This document shows positions 11,444 through 23,684 of a DNA stretch of 64,000 nt, in pieces. The DNA is from Lytechinus variegatus (taxonomy: Eukaryota), in the NCBI RefSeq assembly GCF_018143015.1, contig NC_054742.1, positions 15,990,441-16,054,440 of the forward strand, given 5' to 3'. The notes under the pieces are model-generated. The model searched no databases. It was not told where the DNA came from and worked only from the letters and a program-made list of their open reading frames with translations. The stretch's first letter is position 1; every line of letters starts with the position of its first letter. The translations under genes and the position numbers were made by a program.

Positions 11444-11861
11444 GCCAGAAAGAATATAGACTGAGTGTTCAAAGTATGATCACTTTAATAGTACTTTTGT
11501 TCGTAGGAATCCATGTAATAGCATGAACTTGGGATTCATTTAAAAATTTTGACGGGGAATTTAAAAATTCCTCGTCAGTTTGAAGGGGAATCCCAAATGT
11601 TTAAAGTGTGCTAAACGTAAAAAATATCTTAAGTGTGATTTACAAGTATTATAACTTTATTGAATAAATTTCTGTAAAATATTTACCATTTGCATGTATA
11701 ACTACATCAATACACATCGCACACACACATCCTCACACACACATGCTAACAAACACCCGCATCCACAAATACCTTTGCTCATATGGGTCGATGTGTACGT
11801 GCGTATATTACCACAAAGAGATCCTTGATTTTTGACCAATCTAGAGTAGATGTGAACTTAC

Positions 11862-12005
11862 ATAGAAAGGGACCAGTCCTCTATTTCTGTCTTGTTCAAT
11901 GGCAGCACGAAGCGCTTCTCCTCGTAGGCTAAGCTTCTTATCTGAGGGCACATGTCTGAGTTTCACCATGGCTATCACTGCATTCTTTTCTAAGGAAGAG
12001 TGAGC
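11862..12005 (-). CDS. HDC: Histidine decarboxylase, exon 6.
   Basis: Acceptor gattctcag|GCTCAC and donor TTCTAT|GTAAGT (rc). It translates to AHSSLEKNAVIAMVKLRHVPSDKKLSLRGEALRAAIEQDRNRGLVPFY, compared with HDC [48 protein letters not shown]. Confidence 0.9.
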
Positions 12006-12841
12006 CTGAGAATCCAAGGTCATAAATGTATTTATATATATCATCTCAATTAACTCTTTAATATACTGACAATCATCAGCGGCAGAGCAGATGATTATCA
12101 TTTGTTCATGGGGGTGTATTTTTGCGCCCCCCCCCCCCCCCCGAATACAAAGTATAATCCTCTACTCCGCCGTCCATGCTGACAATTTTTAATATATCCC
12201 TATAATGTAATATTACTCATCTCATGGTTATAAAAAAGTGTTCATGAAAATCCATACTTAATATTGAAATCCGATTGATCATGTCAAAGATCAAGCTGAG
12301 TGTGATGAACAAGGTAAATAAAAAAAAATCAGTTTTATCCAATGTTTGTGACTTGTTTAATTCTGAATAATTCTGAATAAATCTATAGATTTGCAAAACT
12401 TATTACTATCATAGCACTCTAAATTCATTTGGCTTACTTCCTTGGGCTTACTTTCAAAGACACAAGATGTTGAATGTAGTCGCTACAAATCATCAATGAT
12501 ATGATAACCTTTACATACCATGAGATTTTAAGTTTCCCATTCTTTTAATACAACAATATTACTCTTCAAACATTCCTTGAGCTATTTCCACCCAAGAGAT
12601 ATATCTCACTGCCGGCAAGCGTTGCAAAATTCATCTCGTTTGGTTGTATAAATAGTACTTTATTGGTGCCCACTTTTTGTGTTTGTTTTGAACAGGTTCC
12701 ATGAATGGTAAACTAGCAAACCATCGGACTATAGCAGGAGAGAGAACAACTCATATTTCCAAAGATATATCTTACATGCTTGCATGTGCCTACTGTAGTC
12801 TTTGAGCCAGGTAAAATGCTTTAAATTCTGGGTAATAATAC

Positions 12842-12982
12842 CTGATCTGAACAATAAGCAACTAGCTTGGAACATATCGTCGCTTCTTCCATTCCTTGGT
12901 ATTCTGGTTTCTCCTGAAGTCGGATTATAGCATCTCGTCGAGCAGCGAACATTGATACTAAAGTGGCCTCACTCATGGTGCC
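12842..12982 (-). CDS. HDC: Histidine decarboxylase, exon 5.
   Basis: Acceptor ttatctttcag|GGCACC and donor GATCAG|GTATTATT (rc). It translates to GTMSEATLVSMFAARRDAIIRLQEKPEYQGMEEATICSKLVAYCSDQ, compared with HDC [23 protein letters not shown]......LNARLVAYASDQ. Confidence 0.88.
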
Positions 12983-13151
12983 CTGAAAGATAATGAAACA
13001 CACTTGACAAGGAACTGAAAAAATACCTCATGATATGCTATAGTAAAGCAAAGAGAAATAACGTTGAATTCCAAAAGTATGTTAAACATTATTTTGTCTC
13101 TAACATGAATTTAGATGATCTTTGAAGGTTTCCATGGTGGAGTGAATAATG

Positions 13152-13247
13152 GAAGTTTTTTACGGTAAACACCATGTATGTAGTCCTGAACAGGACTATT
13201 TAGTCCTTTTCAGGACTACATACATGGAATTTATCGTAAAAACTTTC
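13152..13247. other. Long hairpin: ~39-bp arms (about 85% complementary) around an 18-bp loop that is itself a small palindrome, in HDC intron 4; the enclosing ~136-bp segment is flanked by a 13-bp direct repeat TAACATGAATTTA (13101-13113 and 13250-13262).
   Basis: 'gaagttttttacggtaaacaccatgtatgtagtcctgaa caggactatttagtcctt ttcaggactacatacatggaatttatcgtaaaaactttc'. Confidence 0.6.
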
Positions 13248-14299
13248 TTTAACATGAATTTAAGCAGTCAATTCAAGAATTTAAGATAGTCAATTGAATA
13301 ATCAAGAGTGATTACGACACTTCCGGCATACTACTTGAAAGAATACCCAATGACACAAACAACATCTGGAGTGGAAATGTTCTTTTCGATCTCTCAAGAA
13401 AATCAAGGGAATAAAACGAGGAACGGTCAAGAGATTAGGATTAGGTCTATGGAATATATTTTTAGGAAGTCGGTATGGTCCAATTAACATCTTATCACAA
13501 ACATTTTTTTTTTATTACAAATGTCTCTAATCTAGGATCTTAAGGAAATTATTTTTGTGGTTGATTGCTTCGAGTTTCTATTTCAGGTCAGGGTTTCGTC
13601 ATCACTAAACCAATGAGCATTCCTTTTTAAGAGCAACCTTTTCAGTACCGACATTCTATAATATATTATGTACATGAAGACGTTGGTGAGACAGAAATAG
13701 ATTCCTGATGCTAAATCGAACGTGCATCATTAAAGGCGTCATCCACGCCAGCCCGAGGCAAATCGACCTTTGGGCGTTCTGTACCAATCACCTGGGTTGA
13801 TTTACACGACCGAGTGGTCTTCTAGAAACTTATTGGCTTCAGATATTCCCTAGCAATATCTCTGGAGGACACCAAGGCTTCAAGCCTTAGATGGTATCCT
13901 CGCGGAAGACGACGAGTTAATGAGTTGTGCCGGAGACGTCGTAGAAAGCTCACCTGCGTCCTTTATAGGCGGGCTTAATTTCCGCTGGATGAGGCTGGAA
14001 AGAAAGGGAAGGAATACATTCCTGTCTTGTTGCCAGCCCTTTTTTTGACTGGGTTTATTGAATGGGTTGTGAGGAAAAGCAGCTGATTTCGACCATGTGG
14101 CTGAACACTGATTTGCATGATGACGTCCACAGTAATGATAGCACGTACATAGACGTTGAGGAAGACACATACTGACGGAAATGGCATGTTTTTCCATACT
14201 CTATTTTGATCCTTTATCAACAAACATGTACCAAACTATTTCACTTATTCATTTTGTAAGAGACGGGTAAACACCAGATCGTTTATAGTATATGCTTTT

Positions 14300-15420
14300 A
14301 TCGTTAATAATAATAATAATGCTCAATTCTTGTATAGCGCATCACACATAGCATAGCATGTCCCTATGCGCTTAGAGAAGAAATAGTGAAAGGTATATAA
14401 GAATAAAGTAATCGAGATATTTAGATTGGACCATTAGTTCAAAGTTAGTTTTTTATGCATTGAAAAGATATGTCTTGAGGGATCTCCTGAATGTACATAA
14501 ATCACTTTGATATCTCATTGAATTCGGTAAAGCATTCCAGAGGACAGCAGAGGCATAAGTAAAAGCACGCTCACCATATGACTTTGTAAAGACAGAGGGA
14601 ACAACAAATAATGCTTTTGAGCTTGATCTAAGATTTCGGGATGGCTGGTAATATGAAACTAAATCGAGTAAATAGGACGGGGCAATTTTATAAAAACAGT
14701 TGTGTGCAAAAACTAGAAGTTTGAATACAATCCGGGAACGGACAGGGAGCCAATGTAATTCTCTGAGAACTGGAGTAATTGCTTCATACTTGCGTGTTCG
14801 TGTTACTAATCTCGCAGCTGAATTTTGAATGGTTTGCAGTTTTTTAATTTGTTTAATATGTAATCCTGAAAGGAGACTATTGCAGAAATCAATGTGACAT
14901 AAAACAAAAGCATGTACCAATTTTTCAGTGGTGGATTTATCCAAGAATTCACGAAGTTTACCAATTTTGTATAAGGCATATGATGCAGAGCGACATTTTT
15001 GGGATATAAATTCATCGAATGTCAATTTATCATCAAATATAACTCCTAGATTTCTACAAGAAGTACTTGCGCGTATGTCCATTCCACCAAGTTTTAACAT
15101 CTGGATTGATTCTGTTTCTCGGAAACGTGAGGAAATGTGTAAAAACTCTGTTTTTTCACCGTTTAGTTTGAGGCTATTGATCTGTGACCATTCTTTAATC
15201 TCTTGAATACATTGTGTAATTTCAGCAGTGGGGTCAGAATCCTTAAACTTTTTAAGGGTAACATACAGTTGTGTGTCATCCGCATAAAACATTTTTTGTA
15301 TTTTGAACTTATCAATGATTGACTCAAGTTGGGAAGTGTACAGTGTAAATAAGATCGTTCATACAATGACTTTTTGTGCTAAAATTTAGGATAGTACTTG
15401 GAACAATGGTGACGATATGT
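14300..15420 (-). mobile_element. 5'-truncated non-LTR (LINE) retrotransposon fragment: reverse-transcriptase C-terminal half plus 3' tail ending in (ATT)n, inside HDC intron 4.
   Basis: ORF 14453-15292(-) reads ...ESIIDKFKIQKMFYADDTQLYVT...LGVIFDDKLTFDEFISQKC...LHWLPVRSRIVFKLLVFAHNCFYKIAPSYLLDLV...ERAFTYASAVLWNALPNSMR...FRRSLKTYLF. These are the FADD RT active-site motif and the LHWLP/RI.FK/LWNSLP tail typical of CR1/L2-type LINEs. The upstream RT part is frameshifted and then lost (truncation near 15420). (ATT)5 lies at 14311-14326 on the element strand's 3' end. Confidence 0.8.
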
Positions 15421-15962
15421 TTTTTTCTTTTAATCTAAATAATCTTTCGCATGTAATTATTTCATTTCTGCCAACGGTGAACTTGCCACTATTTTGCTAA
15501 ATACAAAAGTTCCAATCGGAAACATACAATATTGAATTTCCTTCAAGGGTCAAGGGCTGAAGGTATATAGTTATTGATATTCTTCCTTAAAGGATACAAA
15601 ATACGTTAATAAACCGGATACCGTATCTCACCAAAGCCAGGGTTGTAGATTTTATAGACACCTGCTTTCAGTGACTGTTGTGTGTTGCACATTTAATATT
15701 TCCTAGTCTGATTGTCAGAAGTTGAGATAATCAGTTAGGTGTTTTATAAATATGTTTCTAAGTTGAGAATGAATTAACTTTCGACTAGTTTCTTGTGCTA
15801 AATGATATATCCCTATATTTTACTGACTAGTATTATGAGAACATGTTCCAGTCGTGCCGAAAGTCGTGCCTAACTTTATGAACAGTTTTACGAAAAACCA
15901 CCCTGGTGTTGCGAACATTTAGAATCCTAGATATTGAAATCGTGTAGAAGCGTTTGTCCTAC

Positions 15963-16033
15963 CTGGAGCACGCCACCTCCAGTGCTTGTTGTGTCACGGT
16001 GGGTGAAAATACTTGGAAGACCAATCAAGTCAG
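15963..16033 (-). CDS. HDC: Histidine decarboxylase, exon 4.
   Basis: Acceptor ttcattatgcag|CT and donor CTCCAG|GTAGGA (rc). It translates to (A)DLIGLPSIFTHRDTTSTGGGVLQ, compared with HDC (A)[23 protein letters not shown]. Phase 1 in and phase 0 out fits exons 3 and 5. Confidence 0.8.
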
Positions 16034-16760
16034 CTGCATAATGAAACAGAACAATCATGAAGATATTAAAACAAATACACAAAAAACTGCATGTTTTAAC
16101 CACATGATGCAAACTTTATGAATTTTACTAAATAAGATATATTAATGGCAATATATCGCAATCAGACTACACACCACCAGTACTCAATTCCTGCTTCCTT
16201 ACACGGAATGTAATGTTTGAATCGAGTTACTCTCAATTCATTTTCTGATTTTGAAACAGAAAAAGCAAAAACAAAATATTGTGTGAAAACTGATTATGAT
16301 TTTGAGCCTTTACACAGATAAAACAATGATCTTTTATCAAAAACTGGTATCAGGAATGATACATGTAACAATTTGAAGAAAAAAAAAGTTTTTTCTTTAT
16401 CGTTTTATTGTTTTTAATCTGCATAACAGAAATCTAATAATCGTTTAGACTTCTTCTGTTAGTGTTTGTTGTTAATCTTTGTTCTTACACATTAGACAAA
16501 AAGTGTAACTTTGTGCGTGCTTACTTTTTTTTTGGGGGGGGGGCTGGAAAGAGCAAGTTGTAGCTCTATCTTATGGAAAAGAATGCTATAATCACGACCG
16601 GCGAGAGAAATAAGTGAAGAAGAATAAAAAACAGGGTAGAACAGGAACGCGAGTAGAAAAAAAATGAGAGAAATATGCCCGTTTATAATTTTTGGAAATG
16701 CGGTGAGTTGACTGCATGGATGGAAATCTCCCCAAAGGTGGGAAAGACACAATTGAATTT

Positions 16761-16765
<5 letters not shown>

Positions 16766-16809
<44 letters not shown>
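16766..16809. repeat. (AT)n microsatellite; (TA)n tracts also at 23641-23681 (and its duplicate 33385-33431, each followed by C8 and A11) and 54516-54547.
   Basis: Direct reading. Confidence 0.95.
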
Positions 16810-16810
<1 letters not shown>

Positions 16811-17841
16811 CATTTGTGTTTTGTAAATCAGGAAAAGGATGAGTAATTGCAATCTTCCTACATTAATAATGTGAACGCGAAGCGCGAGCAGAAAATTATT
16901 GATATTCTGATCTGAAACTGGATAATTAAAGAACGTTATAAATGAAGAACAAACTGCGTATGTAAATAAAAATACATTTTTTTCAATAAAAGCCCCCTTG
17001 TAATTCTATTAGGTGTGAGAAATCGATGAATGTAACACGAAATGCCCCCCGAATTTTTGTTTGTTTGTCAAATTTACATCAGCACCGCCAGTTAAAATAT
17101 CGTTCCTAGGGCCCTGGTCAACCTCTATGTATTTTTCCCCTGATCTCCAATTCTATAGCTAGTCCAGGGGGCTGTTGCAGAAAGAGTTGCAGAATAAAGA
17201 CGTGATTGGACTGCGTATTTTTATTCAATGCAATGAAGAAATAAAGAAGGCTCAAAGCTCCGTATTTAATGAATCATATCTCATAAAATGCAAACCGGTT
17301 GTATAAAAAAAAACAATTTTACGATTAAAAAGAAAATATGTACAATATAATTAAGTTATTTTTACATCACATGTATTCTCGATTAAAATGCGAGTGATAT
17401 TTTTGTGGGACACGATGTAGTGTAGAATGATTGGTGTGATGGCCCTCTTTAAACGCTGGCGGTCTAGTTTTTACATTACAGGGTTTTTTTTAAGAGCACA
17501 CAAACAAATATTTCTTGTTGTGGCCATATGCTCATTATTGACAACATTCCAAATCTGAAGAACAGTAAGTGGTTGTAAACAAAGTCTTATATCATTGTGA
17601 AAACCAATTCATTAAATCCACGTTTCATAAATATTAAAAGTACAATGCACCAAAAATTCAAAAGTTCATAACGAAACATTATATCATCATTGGTGTCTGA
17701 GCTTACAATCAGAGCAAAGAGTCCTGCAATTGTTCAGTTTTCCCTAGATTGAGAATTGCGATTAAGTTATTACAGTAGACATGGTAAAGCAAAGCATAGA
17801 TGATATTCCAACAAGTAAAATCCAAGAAGCAATTCGGTAGT

Positions 17842-17883
17842 GTGCCTGTGACAAGATATTAGCTAATATCTTGTCACAGGCAC
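17842..17883. other. Perfect 42-bp palindrome.
   Basis: 'gtgcctgtgacaagatattagctaatatcttgtcacaggcac' equals its own reverse complement. Confidence 0.7.
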
Positions 17884-18229
17884 GCTTGTGTCATTGATAA
17901 AAAGTTATTTTTTTCCATGAAAAATTAAAGATGGCCGTCATTGCAAGTTTTTGGTCATCTGCAATGAAAACTTACAAATTCTTTCACTTGACCATTGTAT
18001 AATATATTTTTGTATAGATTAAAATTTTTCTGCAATGATACACCGGAAACCCATTTCCGACTCAACTATTTCGAAACCGTCTGTAAAAAAAAAGAAAAAA
18101 TGGAGCACCTCTGACAGTCTCACCTGCATTTCGCGATTCAATACAGCAGCAGTGCTGACCTTGAAAACTACTATAAGATAATTATTCACAAAAAACACCG
18201 TTCATATAATGATATAATTCTACGTTCAT

Positions 18230-19020
18230 TGACAATAAATGACATATGACCTTGAACATGCGACCTCAAAACTTGTCAGTGCCACTTGATTACCCCTATA
18301 TCCACATTTTATAAACTATGTCTATAAACTTTGAAAGTTATGACAGCAATCTAATAATAACCTCCAAAATGGCCAAAGTACAATTACCTTAACCGACCTT
18401 TGACTTTAGTCATGTGACCTGAAAATCGCATGTTTAGTGATACTTGATTACTCTTATGTTTAAGTATTATTAACTAGATCCATACATTTTTAGAGTTATG
18501 ATGGTTATTCAGCAAATACCCCCCAAAAAGCCAAAGCCTACTGACCTTGGTCATGTGACCTGAAACTTGCACAGGATTTTCAGTCATACTTGCTTACTCT
18601 TATGTCCAAGTTTCATAAATCAGACCCATAAACTTTCAAATTTATGATGGCAATTTAAGATATACCCCCAACTTGTCCAAAGTTTACTGACCTTTGATCT
18701 TGGTCATGTGACCTGAAATTCGCACAGGATGTTCAGTGATACTTGATTACTCTTATATCCAAGTTTTATGAACTAGACAAATAAACTTTCAAAGTTATGA
18801 TGGTAATTCAACAAATACCCACAAATTGGTCAAAGTTCGTTGACCTTAAATGACATTTGACCTTGATCATGTGACCGAAAACGCGCATAGGATCTTCAAT
18901 GATACTTTGATTACTCTTATGTCCAAGTTTCATGATTCAGATCAAAACTTTCAAAGTTATGATGGCAATTTAACAGATACCCCTAACATTGACCATAAAT
19001 GACCTTTGACCTTGGTCATG
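18230..19020 (+). repeat. Tandem array of ~180-bp monomers (about 4.5 copies) immediately 5' of, and running into, the LINE RT fragment.
   Basis: Repeated blocks '..tgacctttgaccttggtcatgtgacctgaaa(t/c)(t/c)gcacaggat(t/g)ttcagtgatacttgattactcttatgtccaagtttcat(g/a)a..cagac..ataaactttcaaagttatgatggcaatt..a..atacccc' at ~18370, 18540, 18700, 18860 and 18990. Spacing is ~160-180 bp. Confidence 0.7.
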
Positions 19021-20430
19021 TCGAAAATAAAAAAAAAAGTACTCTACTTGATACAGTAAGATTTTTAAAAGATGGGGCAAGAATTTTTGACAAACCTTTG
19101 AATGATATAGTTAAATTACCGCTTATGTCTTCTGCCTTTCCTGATGATATGAAATTTTCAAAAGTTACCCCGCTACATAAAAAGAAAGATAAAACTGACG
19201 TTGGTAATTACAGGCCTATTAGTGTATTAAGTGTAGTGTTGAAAAATTTGGAAAAATCTGTTTATTCTCAATTGGAGAAATTGAGACATGGGCGCATGGT
19301 TGGAATGGTTCCCATAGACTTACATAAAGCCTTTGTTAACGTAAATCATAACATATTAAAGAAATTAGAAGTAATGGGTTTAGACTCTGCATATGTCACA
19401 TGGTGTTGGTCATATTTATCTACTCGTCATCAAGTTTTACCATGGAGACTTTTTTTATTAACTGCTTATTTAATGCGGAGTCCCTCAAGGAAGCATTTTA
19501 GGCCCCATTCTTTGTATGTCTTACATCAATGATATGTATACTTGTATTTATGAATCTAAGTTAATTTTATACGCTGATGCTAATGTCTTGCTCTATTTAG
19601 ATACAAACCCAAAGATAATTGATAAAATACTTAGTGCAGATTTGGCAAATTGCATCGAATGGATGTCAGACAACAAGATTAGTTTACATGTTGGGGAAAA
19701 CGGAAAACATTTTATTTTGTTTGAAACGAAACTTAAGATATACACACGATTTCAAGGTTTCATATAATAATCAGGTACTTGACAGAAAATGTTATGTAAA
19801 ATATTTGAGAATTAATTAAACAAGTGACCAATTATGGACGGGGTTGGTAGACTCAATCGCCAAAGAGGCACACTCACGCTTAATACTTTTGTACATATAT
19901 CAAACCTGTTTGAATATGAAGTCTAGACTATTTTATGCTTTACTCTAATACAATGTCTTTTCAACTATGTTTATGCGGCTTGGTACGGTAGTCTGGGTGT
20001 GACGGATAAGAATAAGCTAAGAATAATTCAAAATGAGATTGTAAGATTCACAATTTTTTTAGGCCCAGGGGCACTTGTCAGATACAATTAACTAAAGGCA
20101 AGATTGCTCCATGGAGATCAAAGATCTGAACAATTAGTATTACATTACGTGCATAAGATATTCTATTCCGATACGTTGGTTCATTACATAGCAAATAATT
20201 TCACCCGTGTATCAAATATCCATAGGTACGATTTTAGAAAAAGTTTTGATTTGTATTACCAAAACGTGAAGGGCATGTAGGGAACACTTTTTGTTTAATG
20301 GCGTGTAATTTTGGAATGATCTTCCTAATCAAGTAGAAGCTGTTAAGATTTTCCTCACTTTAAGAGTGCATTAAAGAAGCACCTAAGACTGGAATCTACT
20401 CGAGAACAGTATTACCAGTAAAAATCACAC
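18999..20430 (+). mobile_element. Decayed, 5'-truncated LINE: RT domain from the NYRPIS motif through a YADA (degenerate YADD) box and C-terminal tail, with several frameshifts and stops.
   Basis: ORFs 18999-19532 and 19516-19767 read ...KVTPLHKKKDKTDVGNYRPISVLSVVLKNLEK...DLHKAFVNVNHNILLKKLEVMGL... then (frame shift) GVPQGSILGPIL(C)MSYINDMY...LILYADANVLLY. Downstream at 19990-20420 there are broken-frame remnants of the LINE tail (..KLRIIQNEIVRF.., ..WNDLPNQVEAVKIF..FKSALKKHL). Confidence 0.7.
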
Positions 20431-20559
20431 ATTATATAGAGTTGGTTTCTATAGTATTGTAGATAATGTAGAGTATATTAAAATATAATCTTGTTTCATA
20501 TATTAGGTAGATTATTGTTTGCTTCAGTTTTTTCAAATTTTTTTATTGATGGTTATGTC

Positions 20560-21130
20560 TTTTTCGCCATGTTCCAGTACATGCAGTATAGTCCAGGATA
20601 CAAGAGGCGTAACCTTGTTTTTTTATATATACAATATTTTTTGATGGTTTCTTGTGCTGATTACGAATCTGAATGATGCCACTCGTGTAACCTTCAGCAT
20701 TTTCCGCAAATTGGCAAAATCCAATATGGCCGCCAAAATATGCAAATTACCCATAAAAATCCTAAAATTGTCCGCACATTAGCTACGAAATGCATGAAAT
20801 TGTGTGGCAGGAGTGAGATACTCCCTGTAAAAACTTTTTTTGACAAAATATTTATTTTCCTCATATTTAAAATGGCCGCCATAGTCCATTGTACACTTTA
20901 TTATGTACAATATAAACAGGGAAAACTAGCTTTCACAAAAGTGAGCACTAAAATGCATATTATTAAGATTAAACGAGTGGAATACTGACTAAAAACATTA
21001 TTGTTACCGAAATATATTATTAATATGCCATGTATGTGATGAATGTTGTATTTAGATATTCAAAATGGCTGCCAGAGGCGCTAAAAGCATTATGCACAAT
21101 GAGAAAGAGGGGCAAAAAAAATCACAAGAG
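20560..21130. repeat. Second locus of the 190-bp satellite family (about 3 monomers).
   Basis: Cores at 20718 (ccaatatggccgccaaaat), 20871 (aaaatggccgccatagtcc) and 21061 (aaaatggctgccagagg), with 190-bp spacing. Extended identity to 61470-61760 and 62000-62130 ('aaacgagtggaata(c/t)tgactaaaaacat(t/a)attgtta(c/a)cgaaatatattattaatatg'). Confidence 0.75.
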
Positions 21131-23634
21131 TGATCACTAAAATGCATGCAATGGCCGACCCCGCTCCACGCAATCACAGGCGTTAAGTACGCGCGCCTAT
21201 GGAGACCCCGCACTCTAGCCTAATTAGTATACATCTCTATGTGTGTATGTCTACTTACCTGTACGTGTTGCGTGTGTGTGTTACGCGCATAAAGTTAGCA
21301 CAGACATAGAGTTATATAAACCTAAATTTAACTCTATGAGCGCAGATTAAACTGACTGTGCGCACTTGACTCGTACCATAGAGTTATAGTTTAGTACGTA
21401 TTTAACTCTATGACTCGTACTCAGATCCATGAAGCAATGCGCGTCACAAAACAATGAAAGCAAAGGGCTAATGAGTTGTACTGTCGATACATGGTGTAAT
21501 CCACCGACTAGCAAAATTATTATCAGAGAAAAGGTGTTGATGAAAATAGGCCAACTTAATCTTTCTTATTCCTTTTTTTTACATTTTAAAAACTTTGTAA
21601 CTTATATGAGTTATATAAAACAAATAATGAATGTAAATATTTGTGCAATGGAGAGAATATTTACATTCGATGAAAGATTAAAAGTTCCATTGCACGCACA
21701 CACATTCATTATTTGTATACTATTTTCAGCCCGGAGTACCCCTTTAATAATGATCGTTGTCAAGTGTTAGTGTTACAGCATTAGTAATGATTAAACATCA
21801 TTTAAAAGAAATATATAACCTCCTAGGCACGGGCGTAAATCCATGACGTCATGCTATTCAAGTGGGGGATGGAACAATAGATTACCCCCTCCCCCTGATA
21901 AATAGGTGTGAGGCAACGTGATTTACGCCAGTTCTCTGATGGTGACAAGGCCATATAGGAAGCGGGGTGCATGCTAGGGATGCTGTTTGTATTATTCTCC
22001 ATAGGCAGTGAGCACGGGCAGCACCCCATTGGAATTTTGTATGAACAATTGATAAATTTAACAAAAATGATTATTTATTTTTATTTATTTATTTCACATC
22101 TTTATCCAGAGTAGTCTGTTCAGCTTTATACAAACAAATATGTAAAATTACACAATATATACAATTAAAATATTCATTAAAAATCGCTGATATGAACTTT
22201 TCATTGAAACCCTTTTTTTTTACTTGTCAAAATTCTCAGGACCAAAATCACCTTAATTTCTCAGTGCACTTTATTTATCTATTTATTTATTATTTATTTA
22301 TTTATTCATTTTATTTTATTTTTTTTATTATTATTATTTTTTTTTTGGGGGGGGGCTTGTCAAATTAACATTAGTACCCCCAGTCAAAAAAATGTTCCGA
22401 GGGCCCTACAATAATGCGAGCGCGAAGCCCGAGCTGAAAGTATTTGATATTCCGATCTGAAAGAAAGGTGATTTTATGCGCTATTTTAAGCACTGTGTAG
22501 GAAAATTCTGAAGTGGATATGGATCGCATTTAATAAATGATGCCACACCATATGACGGACATTTTATAGAGCACTTTAAAAAAGCGTTCAAGCCTCCTAA
22601 ATGGGATCTGCGTGCCTCTTTCATTAAAGAATAGGGGAAATTTAAACTCCGCCTATGGGCGGATCCACAGCCCCTTCTTTTTCTTTTTCTCCTTCTTCTT
22701 TTCTGTCTTTCTTTTTGTTTTGTCTTCTTCTTCTTTCATAGGCTAGGTCAAACATAAACGATAAATCCGCATCAATAACTACCAAGTTTCGATAAATTTT
22801 ATTGACCTCAATTCACAGATAAGCCATCATACCCGATACCCGTACATCTTCTAAAAAAATTAAATCAAACCATGCAACGCTGTTTTTCTGTTCCATCAAC
22901 TTGTTACTGATCAAACCACATTCGAGGGACACTATGAAGAGAAAAAATTCCAAATCAAAATTTAAAATCTACTGAAAATGATTTTGTTTTACCTTGGTTC
23001 ATAGACAAGTCATGTCTGTATATATTTTACAGTAAAACAACAACATCAATAAGTTACTGCCGTTTTTAATATCTGCTATTGGAAAGACAATGAATATTCA
23101 CTGTAGATGAAAAAAACAATTTAAAATCGACAGAAAAATTAGTTTCACCAGCTTCACTGTACTAGCACTTTGATATTTTAAACGATTTATGTTTATTCTT
23201 ATATGTTTCATTTTTTTTTGCTTACCCGGATTATAGTTGCCCTCAGCTCGCTTTAAAAAATAGACGTAGAGGGTAGTCTTCAGTTTTCTGTTTTGTCAAA
23301 GCGTAAAATGAAGAACAAACCCCCCCCCCATAAAAATCAAATAGGAATAGGCCTATCAAAGCAAAAACTACAAATTAATTGAAAATACGTGTTTAATTTT
23401 CAACAACAAATACAAATAGAAGAAGTAAAAACGGTTGTTAAATTTCCATTATACAGAGAAATTATAGGAAAATAATATCTCATTAGAAAAAAAGAAAAAC
23501 GGTTCATTTGTTATATATTTCATTTTAGATATTTTATAACTGATAAAATTATTGATTAACAAAAAATTTTCCTGTTTACAATGACAAATTCATATTTTAT
23601 TTTCAAAAATCAATATAATCAAGACTATACTACA

Positions 23635-23684
<50 letters not shown>

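Noticed and set aside
14806-15206. Short ORFs on both strands inside the minus-strand LINE RT region
   Set aside because: They overlap the clear RT frame (FYADDTQLY...LHWLPV) and are frame shadows.
21170-21450. Region with repeated 'aactctatga' / 'tagagttat' words and CG-rich patches
   Set aside because: There are only a few short direct and inverted word repeats without a clear unit or termini, which is insufficient to call an element.
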